Part shown: piece by piece, positions 1-8,925 of the stretch
How positions within the stretch are numbered: the first letter of the stretch is position 1
Layout of the letters: every line of letters begins with the position of its first letter
Origin: an uncultured Erysipelotrichaceae bacterium
GTDB taxonomy: Bacteria; Bacillota_I; Bacilli_A; RFN20; CAG-826
NCBI GenBank assembly: GCA_900317295.1
Contig: ONGB01000002.1
Span: forward strand, 1,978 to 65,977
Reading direction: 5' to 3'
Length of the DNA stretch: 64,000 nt
Notes under the pieces: model-generated
What the model was told of the DNA's origin: nothing
What the model saw: the letters and a program-made list of their open reading frames with translations, nothing else
Databases searched by the model: none
Translations under genes and position numbers: made by a program

Positions 1-196
1 ATCAAGGACGAGCTCTTCATCGACTTCAATCTGAGAAAATGCGACGACGTCTTATCTTTGATAAAGGCGTACGTCGATTACTACAACAACGAGCGGCCCA
101 TGTACTGCCTGGGATACAAAACCCCACGTCAGTACAGGGCCGACATGGGGTTCTGAGGATTTTTTATGGACTGTCTACTTTTCGTTGACTAGTGCA
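1..196 (+). mobile_element. Right end of an IS3-family insertion sequence (partial). The transposase OrfB C-terminus occupies 1..156 and is cut by the window edge.
   Basis: Frame +1 reads IKDELFIDFNLRKCDDVLSLIKAYVDYYNNERPMYCLGYKTPRQYRADMGF with a stop at 154-156. This is the typical C-terminal tail of rve/DDE IS3-type transposases (YYNxERP...YxTPxxY). The downstream sequence ...GACTAGTGCA up to about 196 would fit an IS3-type terminal repeat ending in CA, but that exact end is a guess. Confidence 0.65.
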
Positions 197-240
197 AAAC
201 GGGGTCTTTTTCTATTCCGCCCGCGAAATCGCTATGTTTT

Positions 241-270
241 CAAAATAAAAGCCCGCCATGGAAGGCGGGC
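241..270 (-). terminator. Rho-independent terminator of pepO
   Basis: Stem GCCCGCC (251-257) pairs with GGCGGGC (264-270) around a 6-nt loop. On the minus strand it is followed by TTTTATTTTG, directly after the pepO stop. Confidence 0.8.
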
Positions 271-281
271 GGTGAAGACGG

Positions 282-2192
282 TTACCAAATGGTGACGCGG
301 GCGGAAGGCTTCAGGTACATGCCGTCTTTCGGCGTGACCTTGAAGGTCTTATACCATTCAGGGAAGCTGCGCGGGGTGATGTTCGCGCGAAGCGGGGCCG
401 GGCTATGGACGTCCATCGTGAGGAGGAGCTGCTGATATTCCGGCTTGGCCTTTTGGCACCAGATTCTGGCCCAGTTTTCGAAGTAAGCGACGTAATCCGC
501 GTTCTTCTTGTGGGACATGATCTCCAAGGTGACCGCCATGCCGCCGTTATCGGCGATGTTCTCGCTGACGACGAGCTTGCCGTTGACCTTGCCCCCGGCG
601 AAGGGGATGCCATCGAAGACCTTGATCATCTTCTTCGTCAGCTTATTGAACTGGGCGAAGTCTTCCTTGGTCCACCAGTTGTTTAGATTGCCATATTCGT
701 CCATCTGCGCGCCATTGTTATCGAAGGCGTGGCTGATTTCGTGGCCGATGACCGCGCCGATGCCGCCGAGGTTCTCTTCTTTCTTCTGCTTGAGGGAGTA
801 GAAAGGCTTCTGAAGGATGGCCGCGGGGAAGGTGATGTCGTTATTGGACGGATCATAGCAGGCGTTGACCAAATGGCCCGGCATTGCCCAGCGTTCGCGA
901 TCGGTCGGGACATAGAGCTTTCCAAAGTCATCGAGGGTATGGATACGGCTGATCTTGCGCAGCGCGATGAACAAAGAATCCTCATCGTTGACTTCGTAAA
1001 GGTCATAACGCGGGTCGATCTTGTCGGGATAGCCCATCTTGATCTTCATCGTCGAGAGCTTGCGGATCGCTTTCTTCTTCGTCTTGGGCGAGAGGAAGGT
1101 GTTCGCGGCGATGCGCTTCTTATAGGTGGCGATGATCTGTTTGACCATGTTTACGACGTCTTTCTTCGCCTCTTCGCCGAAGTAGGTGCGGCCATAGTAG
1201 ACGCCGACGGGCTCGCTGAAGGCACCGGAAGCTAGGCCATAGGCCTGTTTCTCGATCGATTCGAGCTCGGCGATGCCCATGATGGCTTTGGAAAAGATGC
1301 CGCCGATTTCGCGGAGTTCCTGCGAGAGGTAGGGGGCGGCGCTTAAGAGTTTCTTTAGATACATCCAGCCGCGGAAATCCGCGAAGGTGCTTTCGTTGAA
1401 CGCGCCTTGGAAGCCTTTGAGGAACCGCGGGTCGGCGACCATGATGATCTCGGGGAGCCTATCGCCATAGAAAGAAGCGAGGAATCCTTTGAAATCAAAG
1501 GGGAGCAAGGCCTTCGCGACTTTATTCAAGGGGTAGGGGTTATAGGCTTTGGTGTATTCGGACCATTCTTCCCTGCTCTTTTCGATCTTGGCGAGGCTCG
1601 CATCAAAGCGGAACGCCCCTTCGAGGATTTCGGCCTTCTTGGCGTCGTCGAGATTGGTCTTATCGAGCAGCATCGTCGCCATTTGGCGATAGACGGCAAG
1701 CATCTGCGCTCCGGCGGGATGCCCTTCCGCGTAGTAAGTGGTGTCGGGAAGGAAAAGGCCAGGTCCGCTGATGGCGAACAAACGCCTTTCCGTATGCTTC
1801 ATATCGGTTTCGATGCCACAATCCACGGGCAAGTTGAAGCCATCCAGGGCGAATTCTTTCGCGCCGCGGTTCAAATCGTCAACGGAATTCAAGGCGAGGA
1901 TGTGCTCTAAATCGGGTTCCACGGGGGCAAGGCCTTCCGCGTTGCGACGCTTTACGTCCAAGGTCTTCTCGAAGATCTTGACCGCTTTGCGGACATATTC
2001 ATCGGGGATTTCTTTCTTTCCGTCTTTGAAGGCGAAGAAATCTTCCATCATCGTTTTGCGGACATCTTCGGCGAGTTCAGCGAATCCCCCGGCGGTGGGG
2101 CGATCGGCGGGGATCTCCAGTTTTTCTAGGGTCTGCCCATTCACATAGAGGAACAAATCGTCTTGTGGGCGGACTATGGTGTTTTTATCCAT
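282..2192 (-). CDS. pepO: M13-family neutral endopeptidase (PepO-like zinc metallopeptidase)
   Basis: Carries the HExxH motif (GHEISHAFD) and the ENIADNGG motif, with M13-like length and C-terminus. I moved the start to ATG 2192 (MDKNTIVRPQDD...), which has GGAG 7 nt upstream. The 39-aa upstream extension in the ORF track is basic and low-complexity. Confidence 0.9.
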   Translation of the reverse strand: MDKNTIVRPQDDLFLYVNGQTLEKLEIPADRPTAGGFAELAEDVRKTMMEDFFAFKDGKKEIPDEYVRKAVKIFEKTLDVKRRNAEGLAPVEPDLEHILALNSVDDLNRGAKEFALDGFNLPVDCGIETDMKHTERRLFAISGPGLFLPDTTYYAEGHPAGAQMLAVYRQMATMLLDKTNLDDAKKAEILEGAFRFDASLAKIEKSREEWSEYTKAYNPYPLNKVAKALLPFDFKGFLASFYGDRLPEIIMVADPRFLKGFQGAFNESTFADFRGWMYLKKLLSAAPYLSQELREIGGIFSKAIMGIAELESIEKQAYGLASGAFSEPVGVYYGRTYFGEEAKKDVVNMVKQIIATYKKRIAANTFLSPKTKKKAIRKLSTMKIKMGYPDKIDPRYDLYEVNDEDSLFIALRKISRIHTLDDFGKLYVPTDRERWAMPGHLVNACYDPSNNDITFPAAILQKPFYSLKQKKEENLGGIGAVIGHEISHAFDNNGAQMDEYGNLNNWWTKEDFAQFNKLTKKMIKVFDGIPFAGGKVNGKLVVSENIADNGGMAVTLEIMSHKKNADYVAYFENWARIWCQKAKPEYQQLLLTMDVHSPAPLRANITPRSFPEWYKTFKVTPKDGMYLKPSARVTIW

Positions 2193-2218
2193 AAAAAGGC
2201 TCCTTTTACCAAGGTAAA

Positions 2219-2246
2219 AATATAATGGTGGTAGGGTTATTTTCAA
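2219..2246 (-). promoter_or_regulatory. Putative SigA-type promoter of pepO
   Basis: The minus strand reads TTGAAA, a 16-nt spacer, then TATATT, about 25 nt upstream of the pepO SD. The same AT box reads TATAAT on the plus strand (2221-2226). Confidence 0.45.
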
Positions 2247-2356
2247 GCGATACGAGCGGTTGCGAAACCTTGGGTTCCCTCTTTGCAAACCAGGCTTTCT
2301 TTTTTTCATGGGCTCCGCAACCGCAAGATGAGGGCATATCTAGAAAGGAGAACCTT

Positions 2357-2470
2357 ATGAAACTTCTAGACTTCCTCCGCTCTCTCTTCCTCGATGACTC
2401 CGCCAAACGCGAAGAGAAGATAAAAAAGTTTGCGCGCATGCGTAAAGATTGCTTTTTCTCCGTTATCTAA
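2357..2470 (+). CDS. Small ORF (37 aa), a candidate leader peptide of the downstream ABC exporter operon
   Basis: AAGGAG lies 6 nt upstream of the ATG. The product is MKLLDFLRSLFLDDSAKREEKIKKFARMRKDCFFSVI. The ORF ends 20 nt before the ABC gene start. There is no homology evidence. Confidence 0.4.
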   Translation: MKLLDFLRSLFLDDSAKREEKIKKFARMRKDCFFSVI

Positions 2471-2490
2471 TAAAATCGCTTCCGTCGCCT

Positions 2491-4281
2491 ATGTTTAAGC
2501 TCTTTCGTAAATTAAGCGCCGTGGAATGGCTGATGGTCGTCGCGATCATCGGGCTCACCGTTTTGCAGGTCTACTGCATGATGACGGTGACCGATTTCAT
2601 CCAATCCCTGATCAAGGCGATCACAAACGTTTACCTAAAGAACAACATCGACCCGACCATTCTTTCCACGCTTTACCCAGAAGCGGTGGGCGCCTCCGAC
2701 AAAGAGATCTGGATGAACGCCCTATGGATGCTTTTGATGTCCCTTGCCTACGTCGCCACCCAGGCTTCGGTCGGCTTCTTGGCCGCCGTGGTCACCGCGC
2801 GGTGGTCTGGCCGAATCAGGAAAGAGCTTAACGAAAAGATTTCTTCCTTCTCCCAAGCGGAAATCAAGAAGTTTTCCGCGGCGTCGCTTGTCACCCGCGT
2901 GACGAATGACTGCCAGCAAATCGATTTCACCTGCCTTCTCATGATGCGCATGGTCTTCGCCGCGCCGATCACCGCGATCTGGGCGATCGTCAAAATCGGT
3001 TTCGTTTCAGGCTCGCTCACCTGGATCGTCGCCGGGGGGCTCATCTTCATGATCCTCTTCCTGATCTTCGCGATGATCTTGCTGATGCCGAAGTTCCGCA
3101 TCGTCCAGAAGCAGATCGACCGCGTCAACGCCGTGACGAGGGAAAACCTCTCCGGCATCCGCGTCATCCGCGCCTATAATGCTGAGGAATACCAAGAAGG
3201 AAAATTCGCCGAGGCCAATGACGCTTTGACGAAGACATTGCTATTCACCGGACGCCTCGGCGCCTTATTCAACCCCGTGATGATCATCATCCTCGATGGG
3301 GTGTCCCTCGGCATTTATTGGCTCGGCGCATATCTGACGAAGACCGATGCCTCCATCGATTACGCGACGATCACGAAATTCGTCATGTTGGCGACCCAGA
3401 TCATCATGGCGTTCCTCATGCTTTTGATGATGTTCTTGATGTGGCCCCGCGCCGCGGTGTGCGCCAAGCGCATCAATGAGGTTTTGGAAACCGAAACCTC
3501 CATCAAAGAACCGGAGAACCCCAAACCGGCTTTGGAGAAGGGCACGGTGCGCTTCGAACACGTTTCCTTCACCTATCCCGATGGGGCGGGGAATGCCATC
3601 GAAGACATCTCCTTTGAAGCAAAAGAGGGGGAGCGTGTAGCTTTTATCGGCTCCACCGGCTGCGGGAAGAGCACCCTGATTAACCTTGTCCCGCGCCTAT
3701 ATGACGTTACTGGAGGCACCGTCTATGTCGATGGGGTGGACGTCAAAGAATTATCGCTTCAAGAACTTCGCGATAAGGTCGCCGTCGTTCCCCAGAAGGG
3801 CATCCTATTCAAAGGCACCGTTATGGATAACCTCGCTTTGGGTTATCCCGAACTCACCGAAGAAGAAGCGGAGGCCTCTTTGAAGGTCGCCTGCGCCGAT
3901 TTCGTCCACGATATGCAAGGCGGGCTAGAGGCGGAGATCTCCCAAGGCGGGAAGAATGTCTCCGGCGGTCAGAAGCAGCGCCTTTGCATCGCTAGGGCGG
4001 TAGCCGCCAAGCCGGAGATTCTCATCTTTGATGACTCCTTCTCCGCTTTGGATTATCAAACCGACAAGAAAGTCCGCGAGAACCTGCGCACCGACTGCAA
4101 AGGCATCACGAGCCTTGTCGTTGCCCAGCGCATCGGCACGATCATGGACGCCGACCTCATCATCGTCCTAGAAAACGGCAAAGCGGTGGGGCAGGGCAAA
4201 CACGCCGATCTATTGAAGGATTGCCCCGTATATCGCGAAATCGCCCTTTCGCAGCTTACGGAGGAGGAACTTGGCTTATGA
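2491..4281 (+). CDS. ABC exporter, fused permease/ATPase, the degenerate-site subunit (BmrC/YheI-like)
   Basis: Six-TM N-terminal half. Walker A is GSTGCGKST and the signature is VSGGQKQR. Walker B reads ILIFDDSFSALD, so Asp replaces the catalytic Glu, and the H-loop reads VAQRIGT, so Gln replaces His. Start taken at MFKLFRKLSAVEW. Confidence 0.88.
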   Translation: MFKLFRKLSAVEWLMVVAIIGLTVLQVYCMMTVTDFIQSLIKAITNVYLKNNIDPTILSTLYPEAVGASDKEIWMNALWMLLMSLAYVATQASVGFLAAVVTARWSGRIRKELNEKISSFSQAEIKKFSAASLVTRVTNDCQQIDFTCLLMMRMVFAAPITAIWAIVKIGFVSGSLTWIVAGGLIFMILFLIFAMILLMPKFRIVQKQIDRVNAVTRENLSGIRVIRAYNAEEYQEGKFAEANDALTKTLLFTGRLGALFNPVMIIILDGVSLGIYWLGAYLTKTDASIDYATITKFVMLATQIIMAFLMLLMMFLMWPRAAVCAKRINEVLETETSIKEPENPKPALEKGTVRFEHVSFTYPDGAGNAIEDISFEAKEGERVAFIGSTGCGKSTLINLVPRLYDVTGGTVYVDGVDVKELSLQELRDKVAVVPQKGILFKGTVMDNLALGYPELTEEEAEASLKVACADFVHDMQGGLEAEISQGGKNVSGGQKQRLCIARAVAAKPEILIFDDSFSALDYQTDKKVRENLRTDCKGITSLVVAQRIGTIMDADLIIVLENGKAVGQGKHADLLKDCPVYREIALSQLTEEELGL

Positions 4282-6095
4282 GCAGAAGACCGTTCTCCGG
4301 CAGGCCGCATGGAAGGCCGGAAAAAGCGAAAATGAATCCCAAAGCGATTTTGCTTATCGGGAAGTCCCTAAAGAAATATATCCCCACTTTCATCATCGCC
4401 GCGATCTTATTGATTGGGTCGATCGTCTGCGCTTTGCTGGCCCCGGAATATCTCGCCGGCATCACCGATGAGCTTGCTAACGCGGCCAAAGAATCGCGTG
4501 AGGTTGAGATGGAAACCATTTCCCGTAACGGCTTTGCCTTGGTTGCCATCTATTCCGCCTCGGCGGTCAGCCACTATGTTTCGGCGATGCTGATGACGAC
4601 GGTCACCCAGCGTTATTCTCAAAGCCTCCGCCGGCAAATCACCAGCAAAATCAACCGCATGCCCCTCGCCTATTTCGATGGGCACCCCTTTGGTGAGACG
4701 CTTTCCACGATCACCAACGATGTCGACCAAATGTCCCAATCCATCGAGTCAGGCTTCGCCTCGGTGGTGCAGGCTTTGTTCATGCTGATCGCGGTCGTCA
4801 TCGTTATGTTCGTCCATTCTTGGGAAATGACTTTGACCGCGATGATCTCCTTGCCTTTGATGATCATCTCGATCTTCTTCATCTCCAAGATGGCGATGCC
4901 GCGTTTCAAGGCGAGGCAAGATGGGCTCGCCTCACTAGAAGGCGTGGCCGAAGAGATCTATTCCGGCCTTGAGGTCATCAACGTCTTTCAGGCTCAGGAC
5001 GTCAAAAACGCTCAGTTCGACGAGAAGAACAACAAACAGATCCGCATGACCATCGCCGCGCAGATCTGCGGCGGGTTATTCGGCCCGATGAATAACTTCG
5101 TCTCTTATTTCGCCTACGCCGCGGTCCTTTTGGCGGGTGGCCTATTGATCGCCAAAAACGACCCGCGCGTTACCTATGGCACTTTGACCGCTTTCTTGGT
5201 CTATGTCCGCCTCTTCCAGCAGCCGCTCACCAACATCGGCCAATCGATGAACGCTTTGGAGATGGCCGGCGCCGCCGCGGAACGCGTCTTCAACTTCCTC
5301 GCGGAATACGAACTTTCAGACGAAACGGGCAAGCCTCGTTTGTTGGTGAAAGACGGCCTTGAATCCGTGACCGGCAAAGTCGATTTCGTCAACGTCAACT
5401 TCTCTTACGACAGCTCCCGCGTCATCATCCCTGATTTCTCCGCCTGGGTGGATCCCGGCACCAAAGTCGCCATCATCGGGCCCACCGGCGCCGGGAAGAC
5501 CACGATGGTCAACCTTTTGATGCGCTTCTATGAAATCGATGGGGGTTCCATCACGATCGACGACACCCCAATCTCGTCGATGCCGCGAGAAGAGATCCGC
5601 GACATCTTCGGCATGGTCCTCCAAGACACCTGGATCTTCCAAGGGACGCTTAGGGAGAATCTCGTCTACAACTCCAAATGGGTGACCGAGGAACGCATCA
5701 ACGAAGTCATCGACGCGGCCAATCTCCGCCACCTGGTCGATACCTTGCCCGGCGGGCTAGATTATTACATCGCCGACGAGAACTCCCTCTCGGGCGGACA
5801 AAAGCAGCTGATCACCATCGCCCGCGCCATGATCAAGAACGCGCCTTTGCTGATCCTCGACGAGGCAACTTCCAATGTTGATACCCGCACCGAGGAGCTC
5901 ATCCAGGAATCGATGGACCGTCTGACCAAGGGCAGGACGAGCTTCGTCATCGCCCACCGCCTATCGACCATCCGCAACGCCGATTTGATCCTCGTGATGG
6001 AAAACGGCAACGTCGTGGAGAAGGGGACCCACGACTCTCTGATGGCCAAAAACGGGGTTTACGCCAAGTTATATAACGCTCAGTTCTCTTTGTGA
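4278..6095 (+). CDS. ABC exporter, fused permease/ATPase, the canonical-site subunit (BmrD/YheH-like)
   Basis: The ATG overlaps the upstream stop (ATGA) and GAGGAGGA lies upstream. Walker A is GPTGAGKTT, the signature is LSGGQKQL, Walker B is LLILDEATSNVD and the H-loop is IAHRLST. Confidence 0.9.
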   Translation: MSRRPFSGRPHGRPEKAKMNPKAILLIGKSLKKYIPTFIIAAILLIGSIVCALLAPEYLAGITDELANAAKESREVEMETISRNGFALVAIYSASAVSHYVSAMLMTTVTQRYSQSLRRQITSKINRMPLAYFDGHPFGETLSTITNDVDQMSQSIESGFASVVQALFMLIAVVIVMFVHSWEMTLTAMISLPLMIISIFFISKMAMPRFKARQDGLASLEGVAEEIYSGLEVINVFQAQDVKNAQFDEKNNKQIRMTIAAQICGGLFGPMNNFVSYFAYAAVLLAGGLLIAKNDPRVTYGTLTAFLVYVRLFQQPLTNIGQSMNALEMAGAAAERVFNFLAEYELSDETGKPRLLVKDGLESVTGKVDFVNVNFSYDSSRVIIPDFSAWVDPGTKVAIIGPTGAGKTTMVNLLMRFYEIDGGSITIDDTPISSMPREEIRDIFGMVLQDTWIFQGTLRENLVYNSKWVTEERINEVIDAANLRHLVDTLPGGLDYYIADENSLSGGQKQLITIARAMIKNAPLLILDEATSNVDTRTEELIQESMDRLTKGRTSFVIAHRLSTIRNADLILVMENGNVVEKGTHDSLMAKNGVYAKLYNAQFSL

Positions 6096-6215
6096 GATTT
6101 GCACGGTTTTTTCAAATTTGCGTCGATTTTGAAAATCCGAAAAACACGCAGGATTATTTTTTCGTCTTGGATTTGCGCGGATAACGCGTTTTGCGCGTGA
6201 GTGAGTGTTTTTTCC

Positions 6216-6233
6216 TTAGCCTAACTAGGCTAA
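6216..6233. promoter_or_regulatory. Inverted repeat TTAGCCTA-AC-TAGGCTAA just upstream of the 6248 gene
   Basis: Perfect 8-bp arms read directly from the sequence, followed by ATTATA (6235-6240) and then ATG at 6248. Function unknown. Confidence 0.3.
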
Positions 6234-6247
6234 AATTATAGGGCTGT

Positions 6248-7744
6248 ATGGCAGACCAAAGCACGAATTCCGCCGGCGAGAATCAGAAGAAGAAAAAGTC
6301 GCTGATCCGATATATCGCCTACATCCTCATCGTCCTTATCGCGACTGGGGTCTCTTTGGCGTTCTCGCTTTGGGATAGTTTTGATAACGTCGTCTCCATC
6401 TTCTCCAGGGCCGACTGGCGTTTCATCCTTTTGGTTCTTGGCCTCGTTGCCCTCATCTATATGATCCAAGCGCTGATCTTGGTTATCTTCTGCCGCCTAT
6501 ATACCCGTAAATATAAATTCCACCAAGGCCTTGCCGCCTCGATGGTCTGCCAGTTCTATAGCGACGTCACCCCGGGCGCCAGCGGCGGGCAGATCATGGA
6601 AGTCTATACGATGCGTAACCAGGGCATCCAAGTCTCCAACGCGGCCTCCATCATGGTCATGTGGTTCATCCTCTATCAGTCCGCTTTGATCGCCTTTGGC
6701 GTCCTTTCCTTAGGCTTTGAATGGAACGCCATCATGTCCATCAAACCCAATATCGGCGGATGGCAGCCCCCGATGTGGCCGCTTATCCTCATCGGCTTCT
6801 TACTGAACCTTTCCGTCATCTTGATCCTTTACTTGATGAGCTTCTCCCATAAGATCCATAACTTCATCCTTCATTACATCATTGGTTTCTTAGGCAAGAT
6901 CCGCATCCTGAAGAACCCGGACAAGACCAGGGAGAACCTCCGCGTTCAGGTCGAGAACTTCAAAATCGAGTTAAAGCGTCTTCAATCCAACATCCCGGTT
7001 TTGATCGTGCAGTTCCTCTTGTTCTTCGGGATGATCTTCTTGCAGTATTCGCTGCCTTATTTCTGCGGTCTTGCCCTCCATGCGTTTGAAAACGCTGACG
7101 GGGTACAACACTTCGTCTTCGCCTCCACGACGCAGGCCTCCATGGTCTCCGCCTCCTTCCGCGCCGCGCTTCACCAGATGGTCACCGGCTTGATTCCTTT
7201 GCCGGGTTCCGCGGGTGTCTCGGAAATGTTCTATGAAGGTCTTTTCCTGCCCTTCTTCGGCAACAGCGGCTCGATGACCACCGCCACGCAGATCCTTTGG
7301 CGTACCGCGACCTTCCACATCGTCTTATTGGTGTCCGGCTTGGTCTCCGCTTTCTACCGCAGCCGCGCCAGGGAATCCTTCGCCCACGCCAACCACGAGA
7401 CCTACGTCAACCTCCAATTCGCCACATTCGAGGAACGTAAACGCTCCGCCGACACGATGTATGAGACGGCGCAGCTTTCGCGCATCGAACTCCAGAAGAA
7501 GCTGCGTGGGGCGGGATTATTCAAGAAAAAAGAAGATGTTTCGACTATCGGAGAACCGGTGTCGAACCTTAATCTCCCCGAGGAGAAGGATGAGATGGCG
7601 GAAACCCGTAATAAACTCCGCGAGACCCGCGAGGCCAAGCGCGCCGAAGAGGTGAAGGCGGAAGAGCCAAAGAAGAAACGCCGGGAGAAAAAGAAAAAGT
7701 CCAAAAAGGACAAGGATGAAGGCTGGGAAAGCTGGGAGATTTGA
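6248..7744 (+). CDS. Flippase-like / lysylphosphatidylglycerol-synthase-TM-type (UPF0104) membrane protein with a Lys/Glu-rich C-terminal tail
   Basis: Roughly 8 TM segments. The basic N-terminus and the ...SDVTPGASGGQIMEVY... region resemble the LPG_synthase_TM/TIGR00374 family. The last ~110 aa are a charged, cytoplasmic-type tail ending KKKRREKKKKSKKDKDEGWESWEI. The family call is by eye only. Confidence 0.6.
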   Translation: MADQSTNSAGENQKKKKSLIRYIAYILIVLIATGVSLAFSLWDSFDNVVSIFSRADWRFILLVLGLVALIYMIQALILVIFCRLYTRKYKFHQGLAASMVCQFYSDVTPGASGGQIMEVYTMRNQGIQVSNAASIMVMWFILYQSALIAFGVLSLGFEWNAIMSIKPNIGGWQPPMWPLILIGFLLNLSVILILYLMSFSHKIHNFILHYIIGFLGKIRILKNPDKTRENLRVQVENFKIELKRLQSNIPVLIVQFLLFFGMIFLQYSLPYFCGLALHAFENADGVQHFVFASTTQASMVSASFRAALHQMVTGLIPLPGSAGVSEMFYEGLFLPFFGNSGSMTTATQILWRTATFHIVLLVSGLVSAFYRSRARESFAHANHETYVNLQFATFEERKRSADTMYETAQLSRIELQKKLRGAGLFKKKEDVSTIGEPVSNLNLPEEKDEMAETRNKLRETREAKRAEEVKAEEPKKKRREKKKKSKKDKDEGWESWEI

Positions 7745-7746
7745 GG

Positions 7747-8925
7747 ATGAACATCGCTCTTTTCACCGAAAGCTACGAGCCGGAGATCAATGGGGTCGCC
7801 ACTTCGACGGCGAACCTCGCCAAGACCATGCGCGCCCACGGGCATAAGGTTTTGGTCGTCTGCGCCAATCCGTGGGACGATCAATTCCTCTATGATGGGG
7901 AAACGATCCGCGTCCCGGGCATCATTGAGCTAAAAAGCGTCTATAACTACCGTCTGGCCGGCCCTTATAACGCCCACGCGGCGAAGCTCGTCAGGGAATT
8001 CCGCCCCGACGTCATCCATACCCAAAGCGACGGGGGCATCGGGATGTTCGGCTCCAGCCTCGCCAATCAGCTCCATATCGCCCATGTCTACACCTACCAC
8101 ACGATGGTGGAAGACTATACCCATTACGTCACCAAGGGGCATTTCCAACGCGTCGCCGTCCATTTCGTCCGCGCTTTCTTCCGCGAAAAGCTGAAGCAAG
8201 TGGATGAAATCATCGCCCCCTCGAGCAAAATCTATGACTACCTTCGCAACGTCGGCATCGATAAGACGATCGCCGTCGTCCCCACGGGGATCGAACTAGA
8301 TCGTTTCTCTATTGAGAAGAAAGACAAGGTGGACGTCGCTTCTTTAAAAAAGAAATTCGGCATCGACCCCGAGGATTACGTCATCCTCTCCTTAGGCCGC
8401 ATCGGCAAGGAAAAATCCATCGATTTCCTCATCAGGGGCTACGCGCTTTTCCTAAAGAACAACCCCTCCAAGAAGACCAAATTCGTCATCACGGGCTTCG
8501 GCCCCGCGGAAGCGGAACTCAAGGAACTTGCGCATACCCTCGGCATCGAAGACCACGTGATATTCACCGGCAGATGCAGCCCGAGCGAGACCCAACGTTA
8601 CTATCATCTAGGCGATTGCTTCGTCTCCGCTTCGCTTTCGGAAACCCAAGGTTTGACTTTCATGGAGGCGATGGCGGCCTCTTTGCCCGTATTGGCCCGT
8701 TATGACGATAACCTCGTCGGGACGATCCAAGACGGGGAGACGGGGTTCTTCTTCTTCACGGAAGAGGATCTCGCCGCCAAATTGCAGCACGTCATCGAGA
8801 TGGACGCCGGTGCGCGCAAAAGAATCATCAACAACGCGTTCAAAGTCGTCGATGTGTATTCGATGGAGCGCTTCTACCAAAATGTGATGGAGGTCTATCG
8901 CCGTGTCGTCCGCGCCAACTGGTAA
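7747..8925 (+). CDS. GT4-family glycosyltransferase, likely a diacylglycerol glycosyltransferase (MGS/CpoA-like)
   Basis: The N-terminus NIALFTESYEPEINGVATS and the C-terminal EGLTFMEAMA E-x7-E-type motif are typical of GT4 glycolipid synthases. The ATG lies 2 nt after the upstream stop. Confidence 0.8.
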   Translation: MNIALFTESYEPEINGVATSTANLAKTMRAHGHKVLVVCANPWDDQFLYDGETIRVPGIIELKSVYNYRLAGPYNAHAAKLVREFRPDVIHTQSDGGIGMFGSSLANQLHIAHVYTYHTMVEDYTHYVTKGHFQRVAVHFVRAFFREKLKQVDEIIAPSSKIYDYLRNVGIDKTIAVVPTGIELDRFSIEKKDKVDVASLKKKFGIDPEDYVILSLGRIGKEKSIDFLIRGYALFLKNNPSKKTKFVITGFGPAEAELKELAHTLGIEDHVIFTGRCSPSETQRYYHLGDCFVSASLSETQGLTFMEAMAASLPVLARYDDNLVGTIQDGETGFFFFTEEDLAAKLQHVIEMDAGARKRIINNAFKVVDVYSMERFYQNVMEVYRRVVRANW

